This document shows positions 50,385 to 64,000 of a stretch of DNA of 64,000 nucleotides, piece by piece. The notes under the pieces were generated by a model that ran no database searches, was not told where the DNA came from, and worked only from the letters and a program-made list of their open reading frames with translations. This DNA comes from Eledone cirrhosa (lineage: Eukaryota). The stretch spans positions 152,830,001 through 152,894,000 of the forward strand of contig OZ024742.1 of assembly GCA_964016885.1 (NCBI GenBank), given 5' to 3'. Position numbers and translations under genes: made by a program. Each line of letters begins with the position of its first letter. Within the stretch, counting starts at the first letter, position 1.

Positions 50385-51671
50385 TATTAAACATATTATT
50401 TTAACTTGAAATATTCTATAATATTTTGGGATATTTTAGTATTTTGATGTTTGTAGAATTCGTTTGCCTTTTAAGTTATATTGATATAATTATATTTCCA
50501 AAATATAATCCTTTTGTATTTTATATACTCAATTGTACTATGTTATATGTTGATGGATACTTATGTCTATGTACGGCTTATGTATCTATATATGTGTGTT
50601 GACATACATATACATCTGTTATAGGTTTTTTTTGTGATTATATGTCTGTCTGTATATATGCATGAGTGACGCGTGTATACCAATTGAAGATGCACACACA
50701 TATCTATTCATTTATAGCTAATAATTATGGGTGTGAATGTACAGGCTTACACATGCAGCTTTTGATTGCAGATATACATAATTTAACAGCCATAGATGCA
50801 GAAAAGTTAATCCTGTATATTTTTATATATATATACTAACATTTTTTAATTAATAACACAAGGAGTGTATAGCAATAAACATAAAATCACTTATGCTTTA
50901 TATGTATACATTATGTGCGGGAGTAGATATAATGTGTATTTTCTGAGTGAGTGAGTATATATATATATTTATGTAAATTTGCCTATGTATATGTGATATA
51001 CGATAGATAATCTCTCTAGCAATATATATATTTTATAATGTTTAAATTCCAATTTTTAATATATTGATCTAAATGTTTAAACTAAATATATAATCATAAT
51101 TAAACAATGTGTAATTTCTCATATTATATATCTATATTCCATTCACGAATATTAATATTTCTAATTTTATTTATTCATTTCATCTCAATTGTTAACTCAA
51201 CTTAATATAACATAACTTAAGGTTTTCGTTCTCTCCCCCCTCGCTCTATCTCTGCATCTCTCTCTCTTGAGTTCTTTCCCTGTCTGATGTTTTGATATCT
51301 CCCCGTTATTTTCCTCTGTTCTCTTTTCTTTTTGATTTCTTCTTTTTCTTTATCTATCTTTCCCTTTCTTTTCTCCACGTTTTTCTCTCTCTCTCTCCAT
51401 CTTTTTACTTACTCTTAAACTATGACTTACTAAAGTAAACAAACCACTATCCGGAACAACAACGGTCACCTTTTTGAAAGGGTACGTCAATATCTATTTG
51501 TAAAACTGTTATATATTTATTTTGTCTGATGAAGGCATACCATGATTTAACTTGGTATCCTTGAAATATATATAATGAAATAAATATGGTTTTATAAATA
51601 TAGTTTCCATTTATTAATATTGTATATATATATATATATATATATACATATATATCTATACACACTCATAC

Positions 51672-51702
<31 letters not shown>

Positions 51703-52164
51703 CACACACATATATATATACACACACACACACATGTATATATATGTATATACATATATATATACATATTATATATATATATATATATATATATCATAAA
51801 TCATGTCCTTAGAATTATTAGATAAAATATATACCATTTCCTCTCCAAATTAGCATAATTAACCATACAAAAAATCAATTTGACCAAGCTATAAGAATAA
51901 AGGCTCTTATGAAGAAATTTCCGACGAATAACCGAAAGCGGCCTCTTCGCGGTGGCCCCAATAGAGTATTTATCCAAAATTTTAACAGCATGTAGAAACT
52001 GACTAAATATATGTCCGGAGTATCGGTTTCATCAGGAGCCAACTCAAAATTAGACATTTAGATTTCCAAAGTGATCGCGCCATATATATATATATATATA
52101 TACATATATATATACACATATATAAATATACACACATATAAATATCTGGGTTGTCCATTGTAAA

Positions 52165-52872
52165 CGACGATGACATCTTCTTTATTGTTGTCATCGTCTG
52201 CCGTGGGCAAGAAGGTGGCAGTGGAGGCCGATCCTTGACTTGTAGATCCCGGGACAGTGGGGTCACGGGAAGAGAGCAGAGTCAGACTGGCAAAGTCCCA
52301 GAGTTTACCTTCACCTGCTACCTCCGCCTCTTGCCCATCGCTGCAGGGCTTTGGGAGTGCACGCTAAAGAAGAAACCAGTGCGGGAAAGGTTTATAGTTG
52401 GAGGGTCACTGCACAGTGACGTTCCCACTCACTCGGCCCCAGAATCTAGAATCCGGTGGTACAGAGGACCGTCACGACCAGGGAGCTCCTTGGCTGCAGT
52501 GGATGGCCACGATGTCTGTAGTGCCTTACTATACCCTAGCGCACTACACCGCTTGCTGTCGCCGCCTTCGTGACCGTTGGGACGATGTTGTCCTCCTCCA
52601 CTCACTCTGCCTGGTTCAGTCTTCGCATGCAGGGGCAGGCATCCCCTATCTAACTGACCGGGGGGGGGGGGTCAGACCCGTCCGGCTACTCTCAACCTGG
52701 TTCGGCCCACCAGCCAGAGCGGCTTACCGGGGTGTGACCGCTGTCGCCTGCTACATATTCTTAGGGCCATAGGTGAGAGCTGAGTGTCAGGTTGGACGCA
52801 AGGCAGGGCAATCTGTCCTGGCTAGACCCCCCTCCCCTTAGTAGGTACATGCTCCTTCCTGACCCCCCTGGC
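52165..52872 (-). mobile_element. GC-rich non-coding element resembling an RTE-clade 5' UTR derivative
   Basis: Minus strand cactcagctctcacctatggc and accccggt...aaccaggttgagagtagccggacgggtct recall RTE/BovB-like 5' UTRs (from memory, unverified). It ends in a gacgatgacaac-like tail. Confidence 0.4.
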
Positions 52873-53112
52873 ATATACACACGCATACACATACATATGG
52901 TTATCTGTATATACATATTTACACATTTTTGGATAGCCGTTGACTCTGTCAGGTTTTGTTCTTTGTCCTGCAGTGTGTCAAAAATCCCCCTCCTCACCAA
53001 GTAAACTCTGTGGGGTTGCCAGTTTAGTGGTCGACGACCCGACCTGGCCACAGGTTGTCCTGGTTTACATGTTACCAGTAGCATTCAAGAGTGACTTGAC
53101 ATATATAAATAT

Positions 53113-53192
<80 letters not shown>

Positions 53193-53196
<4 letters not shown>

Positions 53197-53712
53197 CAGG
53201 AAAGAAGGTTTACATGGTTTGCTATACAAAAAAGTTTTTAATCACATAGCTTACATTTGTTTCAATGAACTGGTATGTCTAGAGATCGCTATCCGCCTAA
53301 TTTTGCGTCACTCGATCGCCAATACAGAATTATAACCAGTCAGATCTTCGGAGCATGCGAGAATGAAGAAAATACACAGGCAAGAAAAGAAAAGAAAATA
53401 TGGAGTAGTTATGGCATTCAATTAGAACAATAACAACAACAATTATTACAACAATGCTATCAATAAATTATTTAAGGAGACCCTGACATTACTTAGGTGG
53501 GGGGTATATAATTTATCTAATGTTACGGCGTGAAAACCAGCTGTCATAAGGCAAAAAGTATCGTAGTGTGTATCCATTTTAAATTATAAAGATAAGGTAG
53601 TTTTTACAGTCTTTCTCTTCATCTTCAACAGTATACATGAGTGGGCCACTGTCAAAGCTCAATAGTTGTAGAGTTAATACAGAGGTTAACGAATTAATAT
53701 ACGCATATATCT

Positions 53713-53789
<77 letters not shown>

Positions 53790-54249
53790 AATATATATAC
53801 ACATATATGTGTACATAGACACATACATACACATCAATATACACTCGTACAAAAATATACATTCATGCAAAGAGAAAAGCGTGGTAATTGTAGTTATGGC
53901 AAAAAGAAGGTAAAGTAACATTGTAGTAGTGAAACGAGAAAAACTAGGATCTAGGATCAAATGATTGCAGCAGTCGAGAAGGAGTAAGATTGTTGGTAGA
54001 TGAGGTATTTACAGACAATTGTGTGGTATAGACTTGTGAAGGAAATAGTATACTTAATGAATATATTTCTGTGTGTAGTAGGTATCCAAATTTAAAGCTA
54101 TGTTATGTTGGTTCGATTCACGGAGGTTTGAATCTTATGAATTTAGTGGCTATTCTATGTCTGCAGAAGATAGATCTTTCTAACTTATTATTAAGTAGCC
54201 TTTTAACATTTCTAAGGATATACAATAGCTCAAGATCACACAGCCCGCA
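53193..54249 (-). mobile_element. PLE 3' fragment related to family E: endonuclease C-terminus 54118-54249, HHR-like motif 53246-53356
   Basis: Minus strand [43 protein letters not shown], then gct CCGAAGA..actgg...ccagt..GAAA CAAATG TA agc. Confidence 0.78.
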
Positions 54250-54426
54250 ATATTATTACTCCAAGTGTTTACAACATAGGAATTACAGCATACCCGCAGC
54301 ATCACTATGAAAACGCCTTGTTGAGTCAAACCAAGCCATGCGTTAATATCATCCACTACCTGGAATACCATAACTGGACTTCACCTAAGTGGACTGCATT
54401 TAACTATTATTTGTTAATCTTAATCC

Positions 54427-54557
<131 letters not shown>

Positions 54558-54959
54558 TATATATATACACACATATATATATATACACACACATATGTAT
54601 GTACACACACATATATATATATACACATATATATACATATGTATGTATATATACATACATATATACACATATATATATATACACACACATATATATATAC
54701 ATATATATACATATGTATGTATATATACATATATATACATATATATATATACACACACATATATATATATATATACATACACACACACATATATATATAC
54801 ACACACACACAAATATATATATATATATATATACACATATATAAACATATGTATGTATATATATATATATATATATATACGTATATATACATATATATAT
54901 ACATACACACACATATATATACACACACACACATATATATATACATATATATTCATATG

Positions 54960-54992
<33 letters not shown>

Positions 54993-55018
54993 ACATATAT
55001 GTATATACGTATATATAC

Positions 55019-55054
<36 letters not shown>

Positions 55055-55619
55055 CCATATATATATACGTATATATACATATATATACACATATATATAT
55101 ACATATATAAATATATATATACATATATAGATTGAATTGAGGGGGCTTCTGTTCAAATGCGATTTGGTGGTTCCTCTCTTCTCTACCATATCGGTTACAT
55201 CATAGACCGCTCAACTAATTGGAGCTAATGCTATGATACCTAGAATTAAGCTTATCTTCCCTTTGAGTTGATGGTCAGTCCTACTGTCCACGCTAGGTGA
55301 GATATAGTATTATGACCTGTAAAAACTAACACTCTCCCATCCCCTCTGGCTTTCGACTGACTACCACAGTCGAGATGGGTAGCAGTAAACTATGGTACGG
55401 GCCATTGTTTGACTGAGAGGGTGAACTGACTAAGCGAATTTCGTTGAAATCCGCGGTAGCTAATAGTCAACTTCCTTCGGACCTGCGCACGCGCAGACCG
55501 GTGGGGGTGAATTGGTACTCACATGGGAACGGGTGATAAACCCAAAAGCACGCATTTCATCCGTTCCCATGTCGATTCAATTTGGATTGCCTCGGAAACA
55601 TAACCTTATTATGTAACAA

Positions 55620-55693
55620 GCTGTCTGATGATGTCACGACACTCCCACACAGAACAGTGTGACCAGTGTAGCCATTGAAATATATATCACAGC
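55620..55693 (+). ncRNA. Minimal type I hammerhead in a unique block (about 55130-55820) between (TA)n tracts
   Basis: gctgt CTGATGA [45 nt] GAAA TATATA TC acagc. Confidence 0.78.
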
Positions 55694-55844
55694 ATTATTA
55701 TTAAAGGACTTGAACATCTGAAACAACTTCGCTTTTCCTTATTCGATATTTACTCCGTCACTCCTATGTGGAAAAAGTACGTCGATTGCTTGAATTGAAT
55801 TGCATCAATGTTTACCGTAATAATATATATACATATATATATAC

Positions 55845-55931
<87 letters not shown>

Positions 55932-55934
55932 TTG

Positions 55935-55969
<35 letters not shown>

Positions 55970-55990
55970 AAATTGAGGTTGGTAATATAT

Positions 55991-56052
<62 letters not shown>

Positions 56053-56359
56053 TTATTAAAATTAGTTTAAGCAAAGAATCGATGCTTTCACCCTTAACTC
56101 GATCTTCTTAAACTAACAAAGTCAATCTGTGAACGCGGAAGTGAATATTTCAAAAAGCGTTGCAACAGGAGGAAGAAAGGAAGACGATACTTTGGTTCGT
56201 GGAAACATTACCTGGCAAAGAAAGGGAAAAAACAAATATAATACGTCATTATTTGGTGCGGTGAAAAACAATTACACGCAAAGACAAAAGCAGGTCCATG
56301 GTATAAAAGAAGTCGTAGACTGATATTCTATTACATATATATATATATATATTTATACA

Positions 56360-56475
<116 letters not shown>

Positions 56476-56748
56476 TATATATATACATATATATATATAT
56501 GCATATATATATATGCATATATACATATACATATATACATATATATATACATATATACATATATATATACATATATATATACATATATACATATGCATAT
56601 ACATATATATATATATACAGATATATATACATATTTATATACATACATATATATATACATATATATATATACATATATATATACATATATATATACATAT
56701 ATATATAGATATATATATATACATATATATATACATATATATATATAC

Positions 56749-56779
<31 letters not shown>

Positions 56780-56992
56780 CATATATATACATATATATAT
56801 ATATATACATAAATATATATATGCATATATATACATATATAGATATAGATATATATATATATACATATATAGATATAGATATATATATATACATATATAT
56901 ATACATATATATATATATACATATATATATATACATATACATATATATATATATACATATATACATATATATATATATACAAATATATATAC

Positions 56993-57059
<67 letters not shown>

Positions 57060-57098
57060 CATATATATATACATATATATATATATACATATATATAC

Positions 57099-57129
<31 letters not shown>

Positions 57130-57142
57130 CATATATATACAT

Positions 57143-59921
57143 GGAAAGTTATATTTAAATTGTTGGGTTACAACTAGTAAATATTTATAACTGATATAAA
57201 AGCACTCGACAAATATTTGGAGTATATTTACAATATTAAATAAATGGAAACTATATTTATAAAACCATATTTATTTCATTATATATATTTCAGGGATATC
57301 ATATTAACAATATGCTATGCCTTCCTCAGACAAAATACAATATAAACAGGTTTATAGATAAATAGATTTGACATACCGTAACAACATCGACTTGTATTTG
57401 AAAAAGTTGAATTGGCAGTGAAAAAATTGTACACAGAGAGAAAGAAAGAGAGAAAGAAAAAAGAAAAGAAAGACAGAAAACGAAGAAAAAGAAGAAAAAG
57501 AAGAAATGCATGGAACAAAATAGAGAGATGGAAAGATAGATAAAGAGAAGAACTTCATGTAAAGAAACAGAGAGAGATATATATATATAGAGATAGATAT
57601 ATATATAGATAACTAGGTAGTGGGACGTCCGTTGAGTAAACGTATCAATGACACATTTATTTATTTATTTATTTATTTAGCTCTAGTATTAATGTAAGGG
57701 AGATATATGGAGAGAAACCAGCTGTTATATAGAGAGAAAAATTTAAAAATAACCAGACATAGGCGAGGCGTAAAAACCCTATGTTTTAATGTATGTATAA
57801 AAACCAGCCACTATTTTGTAAATATCAGTATTCTTGAATGAGACATGTACCCATAATGTGTGAAAAGTAATGATCTCATGTTTAGTTTTTTTTTTAAATT
57901 CATATGTGATAACTACAAACATCTATGTGAATTTACATGATCAACTCTGCAAACCCTAAGGTGACGGAAAACATTCTCATTGTGGTATAAAAATTTAAGT
58001 ATACATATATGTATATATATATACACACAAATATATATAGAGTCAATATTACTACTATTCCTGTCTTTACTCTACAAGATTATCTATCAAGCAGAAATAG
58101 AGAGCAGATTTCAATATACTAATATAAATATATATCAGAAACAAAACTAAAAAATAACAATAATAATAATAATAAAATAGAAAACTAAAAAATATTACGA
58201 AAGAATATTACATATTAAAAATATTACATATTAAAAATATTAAAAATAAAAATATTAGAAAATACTACAATAATAAAAATAAAAATAAAAATAAAAATAA
58301 AAATAAAAATAAAAATAAAAATAAAAATAAAAATAAACCACAAAGATCAACCCTTCAAAATTAATTGACAATATATTGCCAAGTTCATTATAAGCATCAG
58401 AGTCGAAAAACAGATAAAGCCAAAAATTATCTATCAAATCGCATCTAGCAAAGATCATTTCAAAAAGTTTAGGATGCCCATTTGGTCTACATTTTTATTT
58501 AAACATTCTTCATGAAAAATTTAGCTACCCTAAAAGTTGATGCTCCAAATATTTCGAATAAACGTTACACTAGATAAACTTCTATATTAAATATAAGAAC
58601 ACATGTAGACCAAATGGGCATCCTAAACTTTTTGAAATGATCTTTGCTAGATGCGATTTGATAGATAATTTTTGGCTTTATCTGTTTTTCGACTCTGATG
58701 CTTATAATGAACTTGGCAATATATTGTCAATTAATTTTGAAGGGTTGATCTTTGTGGTTTATTTTTATTTTTATTTTTATTTTTATTTTTATTTTTATTT
58801 TTATTTTTATTATTGTAGTATTTTCTAATATTTTTATTTTTAATATTTTTAATATGTAATATTTTTAATATGTAATATTTTTAATATGTAATATTTTTAA
58901 TATGTAATATTTTTAATATGTAATATTCTTTCGTAATATTTTTTAGTTTTCTATTTTATTATTATTATTATTGTTATTTTTTAGTTTTGTTTCTGATATA
59001 TATTTATATTAGTATATTGAAATCTGCTCTCTATTTCTGCTTGATAGATAATCTTGTAGAGTAAAGACAGGAATAGTAGTAATATTGACTCTATATATAT
59101 TTGTGTGTATATATATACACATATATGTATACTTAAATTTTTATACCACAATGAGAATGTTTTCCGTCACCTTAGGGTTTGCAGAGTTGATCATGTAAAT
59201 TCACATAGATGTTTGTAGTTATCACATATGAATTTTAAAAAAAAACTAAACATGAGATCATTACTTTTCACACATTATGGGTACATGTCTCATTCGAGAA
59301 TACTGATATTTACAATATAGTGGCTGGTTTTTATACATACATTAAAACATAGGGTTTTTACGCCTCGCCTATGTCTGGTTATTTTTAAATTTTTCTCTAT
59401 ATATAACAGCTGGTTTCTCTCCAGATATCTCCCTTACATTAATACTAGAGCTAAATAAATAAATAAATAAATAAATGTATCATTGATACGTTTACTCAAC
59501 TGACGTCCCACTACCTAGTTATCTATATATATATCTATCTCTATTTCCTCTCTCTCTTTATATATATATATATATATCTCTGTTTCTTTACATGAAGTTC
59601 TTCTCTTTATCTATCTTTCCATCTCTCTATTTTGTTCCATGCATTTCTTCTTTTTCTTCTTTTTCTTCGTTTTCTGTCTTTCTTTCCTTTTTTCTTTCTC
59701 TCTTTCCTTCTCTCTGTGTACAATTTTTTCACTGCCAATTCAACTTTTTCAAATACAAGTCGATGTTGTTACGGTATGTCAAATCTATTTATCTATAAAA
59801 CTGTTTATATTGTATTTTGTCTGAGGAAGGCATAGCATATTGTTAATATGATATCCCTGAAATATATATAATGAAATAAATATGGTTTTATAAATATAGT
59901 TTCCATTTATTTAATATTGTA
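57143..59921. mobile_element. PLE family A non-coding palindrome: arms 57229-58491 / 58603-59921, spacer about 110 nt, 86-nt left tail
   Basis: Near-identical mirrored arms homologous to the 3' UTR at 35480-36916. HHRs at 57267-57343 (-) and 59807-59883 (+). Confidence 0.93.
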
Positions 59922-59939
59922 TACATATATATATATATG

Positions 59940-59973
<34 letters not shown>

Positions 59974-60113
59974 TGTATATGTATGTATATGTATATATAT
60001 GTATATGTATATATTTATATATGTATGTATATGTATATGTATATATATGTATATGTATATATATATATATTTATATATATATGTATATGTATATATATAT
60101 ATGTATATATATG

Positions 60114-60144
<31 letters not shown>

Positions 60145-60171
60145 GTGTATATATATATGTATATATATATG

Positions 60172-60204
<33 letters not shown>

Positions 60205-60416
60205 GTATATATATGTATATATATATGTATATATATATATGTATATATATATATGTTTATATATGTATATATATATATGTATATATATTTATATATGTAT
60301 ATGTATATATGTATATATATATGTATATATATATATATGTATATATATATGTATATATATATGTATATATATATGTATATATATATATGTATATATATAT
60401 GTGTATATATATGTAC

Positions 60417-60465
<49 letters not shown>

Positions 60466-60576
60466 TATATATACATATATATATATACATATGTATATAC
60501 ATATATATATATACATATATATATACATATATATATACATATATATATATACATATATATATACACATATATATAC

Positions 60577-60607
<31 letters not shown>

Positions 60608-60904
60608 CATATATATATACATATATGTACATATATATATATACATATATATATATATACATATATATATACATATATATATACATATATATATATATAC
60701 ATTTATATATATATACATATATATATATACATATATATATACATATATATATACATATATATATATATATACATATATATACATATATATATATACATAT
60801 ACATATATATATAAATATACATATATATACATATACATTTATATACATATACATATACATACATATATAAATATATACATATATATACATATACATATAC
60901 ATAC

Positions 60905-60951
<47 letters not shown>

Positions 60952-61006
60952 CATATATATACACATATATATACATATGTATATATACATGTATATATAT
61001 ACATAT
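59922..61006. repeat. Compound TA/TATG microsatellite that flips to TA/CATA near 60415
   Basis: The G-interrupted left half is mirrored by a C-interrupted right half. Confidence 0.85.
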
Positions 61007-61686
61007 AGAGGGAGCTTATAGATAGGACAACACACGCTGTCTCTTCGTGGGGTAAGTTTTTAATTAATTTTTGTATTCTGAAACATCAAAATACAACAAT
61101 TTGTTTGTTACTGGACTCGGGAATGTCACGACAGAAGTTTGTGGAAGTTACACAAATATTTTAGTATATTTTAGCAGAGCAATCCTTATTTATATTTTAC
61201 ATTTACTTACATCTCAATATAACATGGCTAGAATTCAAATTTTGCTAAGAGAAGAAAACGGTCAAATGAACTAGATACATCTCACTGTCCACACCACCAC
61301 AATAACGTCTACACTCTCTCCCCACCATCACATGTCATTACCATACCATACCCTATCGAGACTAAAGTCATCGACCTGTTGTCAAACTCTCTACTCTCTG
61401 ATGAATGTATATATATATATGTGTGTGTATGTATATGTGTGTATATACATCACTCAGTCAAACAACCAGATTTCAACCCCAACATCTACAACAACAACAA
61501 CACCGGCACTAATGTTTACAGCAACAACAGCTTCAGAATGAACTGAAATGAACATTTACAACAATTACAACAACAACAACAACAGCGGCATCAAAACATA
61601 AAAAAAGGAAGGGAAAAGAAAAAAGAAAAGGGAAGGGGAAAAAAAAGAAAAAAAAAAAAGAAAGGAAAAAAAAAACTCAAAATAAC

Positions 61687-61723
<37 letters not shown>

Positions 61724-62165
61724 CAGAACAACAACATCAACTGCCACCACCACCACCACCGCCACCGCCGTCGCCATCACCATCACCAGCGACCTGGCCT
61801 TAAGAACAACTTTAATAATAATTTTTCTGCTTTTGGCACGGATCCAGCGACTGGCCAGCGCATCACTGGTACTCTCTTTTGTTGACTCCGTGGAGAGCCA
61901 TAGCTCTATGCTGTAAAGCAATTATAGTAATACTGGACTGTAATACGATCGGCTTCAACTATACAAACTCTTGAAAGTCAACAGTTGACATAATCTGGTA
62001 ATCTTGTATCAGTAATGACGGTAAAATATATATATATATGTGTGTGTGTGTGCGTGTAAGTGAGTAGAGTAGCGTGTGTGTGTGTTTGTTGTGTGTATGA
62101 GTGTTGCTGTGTCTACGCATATGTATGCGTGTGTGTATATGTCGTACGTATAAGTGTCAATAAGT

Positions 62166-62197
<32 letters not shown>

Positions 62198-62199
<2 letters not shown>

Positions 62200-62500
62200 G
62201 CGGGGACATAGAAATAATCGGGCTGGATGCCCGATCGCGCAGTTAAACCACTGGGAGTGAAGAACCCCTAGCCCATGTCAGGGTATTCTTCTAGGAGAAG
62301 GCATCTCAGGAAACTGGGTTAACTCCGATATAAAACCTGCGGCTCAGTAGTTACCGATGATGTTGATCTTTTCTTCTTTTCGGGTTATAGCTACTGTCGC
62401 TCAGAGAGTGGGATTGGTTCAGTGCACAGTCTTTCCTCACTTTAAAAATATTCGTCACGCACAGGCATTGCACGAGTGCATTAATAATTATTAATAGTGT

Positions 62501-62538
<38 letters not shown>

Positions 62539-62543
62539 TATTA

Positions 62544-62575
<32 letters not shown>

Positions 62576-64000
62576 CCAATTCAATGATGTTCCAGAACAA
62601 TGTAAACGAGATAATTGCCAATTTGGGTTCTGGAACAAAAAAGATCATTGGCAATAAGGGCAGGGGCCCCAAGTTATCACAACCTGGGCCCGCCCGTCAT
62701 CGTGCCATTGTAATAGAGCCAAACAGGGCATTTAGTCTTGGCTGCTGGAACGTACGGACGCTGCTTGACAGGGATTCTTTGGAGCGTCCTGAACGAAGGA
62801 CCGCTCTTGTTGCAAAGGAGCTTCGACGTTACGATCTTGACATCGTGGCTTTGTCTGAGACGAGGTTAGCTGGAGATGGTCATCTTACGGAATTTTGTGG
62901 AGAATATACATTCTTCTGGAAAGGAAGAGATGAAGGAACCAGAAGAGAGGCTGGGGTAGGATTTGCTGTTAAGACTGTACTGGTGAATAAATTAGAAGAA
63001 TTCCCAGTGGGGATTAGTGAGCGTCTTATGTCCATGAGAGTTCCGCTGGACAAGGGAAGATATGCTACCCTGGTGAGTGTGTATGCTCCAACTATGAATT
63101 CTGTCGATGAAGAAAAACTGTCCTTTTACCATGCCTTGAAAGGTGTTTTAAGAAATATCCCTCAGGCAGACAAAGTCATCGTGCTTGGTGACTTTAATGC
63201 TAGAGTGGGTAGGGATTTTAACACATGGAATGTAATCGGAAGGCATGGGGTGGGAAAGTGTAACAGCAATGGTATGCTCTTGCTGCAGATGTGTGAGGAG
63301 CTGGATCTGTGTGTTACCAACACCATGTTCCAACAAAAGAACAAATTCAAGACCACATGGATGCATCCTGCATCTAAGGAATGGCATCTTTTGGACTACG
63401 TCCTAGTCAGGATGCGTGACAGACAGGATGTGCAGTGTGTTCGTGTTCTTCGTGGAGCTGAGTGCTGGACGGACCACCGCCTGGTACGCGCAAAAGTGAA
63501 TCTAATCACCAAACGTAAAATCCGGGCTCCTGGTGTTACCCTGCCCAAAAGATTGAATGCTGCTCGTCTTAAGGATAAAAATGTGAAGAGGACATTGGAA
63601 GAAGAGATGCAGGCTGCAGATCTTGGTGAGGATTGGCCGACCCTTAAAAAGTCGGTTTATGATGTAGGCAGACGTGTTCTGGGATTGGTGCAGAGAAAAC
63701 ATCAGGACTGGTTTAATGAGAAAGATGTGCATATAGATGACTTGTTGGCTGATAAGAGGCGCGCTCTGTCACGCTACTTGACGGCAAAACCACAGGAGAG
63801 GAATACGTTGCATGAGGAGCTCAGGGATGTAAAATCACGTGTTAGGCGGAGTCTTTCTCAGATGAAGGATCAGTGGTGGAGTGAGAAGGCTGGTGAGATA
63901 CAAACTGCGTCTGATTGCAATAACACAAAGCTGTTGTACAGTCTCTTGCGTGAGGTTTATGGACCGTCTTCTTCTCTGGTGACACCGATTCGCAGCAAGG
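62198..64000 (+). mobile_element. RTE-clade LINE, 5' part (runs off the window)
   Basis: Putative 5' UTR starting after poly-T at 62198 (boundary uncertain), followed by an APE-endonuclease ORF. Confidence 0.88.
62584..64000 (+). CDS. RTE LINE ORF, AP-like endonuclease domain, uninterrupted to the window edge
   Basis: GCWNVRTLLD, RPERRTALVAKEL, IVALSETRL, GVGFAV, SVYAPT, LGDFNARVG, TTWMHP, LDYVLVR, WTDHRLV, HQDWFNE. No stop found by manual translation. The start codon is uncertain. Confidence 0.93.
   Translation, partial: MMFQNNVNEIIANLGSGTKKIIGNKGRGPKLSQPGPARHRAIVIEPNRAFSLGCWNVRTLLDRDSLERPERRTALVAKELRRYDLDIVALSETRLAGDGHLTEFCGEYTFFWKGRDEGTRREAGVGFAVKTVLVNKLEEFPVGISERLMSMRVPLDKGRYATLVSVYAPTMNSVDEEKLSFYHALKGVLRNIPQADKVIVLGDFNARVGRDFNTWNVIGRHGVGKCNSNGMLLLQMCEELDLCVTNTMFQQKNKFKTTWMHPASKEWHLLDYVLVRMRDRQDVQCVRVLRGAECWTDHRLVRAKVNLITKRKIRAPGVTLPKRLNAARLKDKNVKRTLEEEMQAADLGEDWPTLKKSVYDVGRRVLGLVQRKHQDWFNEKDVHIDDLLADKRRALSRYLTAKPQERNTLHEELRDVKSRVRRSLSQMKDQWWSEKAGEIQTASDCNNTKLLYSLLREVYGPSSSLVTPIRSK

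Larger units (their letters stand above)
45629..51624 (+). mobile_element. PLE family A subfamily: 6-kb three-part palindrome (- arm 45629-47625, - terminal piece 47626-47803, + copy 47804-51624)
   Basis: Mirrored arms of about 1.9 kb. HHRs at 45754-45829 (-), 47723-47798 (-) and 51513-51587 (+). (TA)n flanks. Confidence 0.92.

Noticed and set aside
58255-58828. Duplicated small ORFs MIFARCDLIDNF (and MKFFSLSIF at 57352/59592)
   Set aside because: They are mirror copies within PLE 3' UTR arms, and the homologous region at about 35628 carries indels. There is no coding evidence.
61260-62190. Possible host gene 5' UTR or exon (unique sequence with CAA/CAC repeats, 118-aa minus ORF)
   Set aside because: There is no recognisable protein motif and the ORF runs through simple repeats. 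Transcript data would be needed.

Overview
Extremely AT- and microsatellite-rich animal DNA, most likely from an octopus (inferred from the SINE type and the (TA)n/(TACA)n load). I found no convincing host protein-coding gene, and most listed ORFs are translations of microsatellites. The window is a nest of transposable elements: (i) decayed RLE-type R4/Dong-like non-LTR retrotransposons, two of them in (TACA)n tracts; (ii) one full-length Tc1 IR/DR transposon; (iii) tRNA-derived SINEs; (iv) an RTE LINE with an uninterrupted ORF at the right edge; (v) many 5'-truncated Penelope-like elements (PLEs, Naiad-like GIY-YIG) and non-coding retrozyme-like repeats. The main hidden structure is a ribozyme/retroelement system. 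More than 25 type I hammerhead ribozyme (HHR) motifs from about 12 sequence families can be read by eye. Most lie in insertions built as head-to-head palindromes with both 3' ends facing outward into (TA)n, where one arm has a family-specific extra tail of about 70-140 nt. Two unrelated families have a compensatory U3-A8 core (TTGATAA). Two related retrozyme-like families carry an ATGCAAAT octamer 88-100 nt upstream of the ribozyme core. A 316-317 nt tandem retrozyme has inserted with a 14-bp target-site duplication (TSD). All calls are from manual reading, so coordinates may be off by a few bases and no ribozyme activity has been shown.
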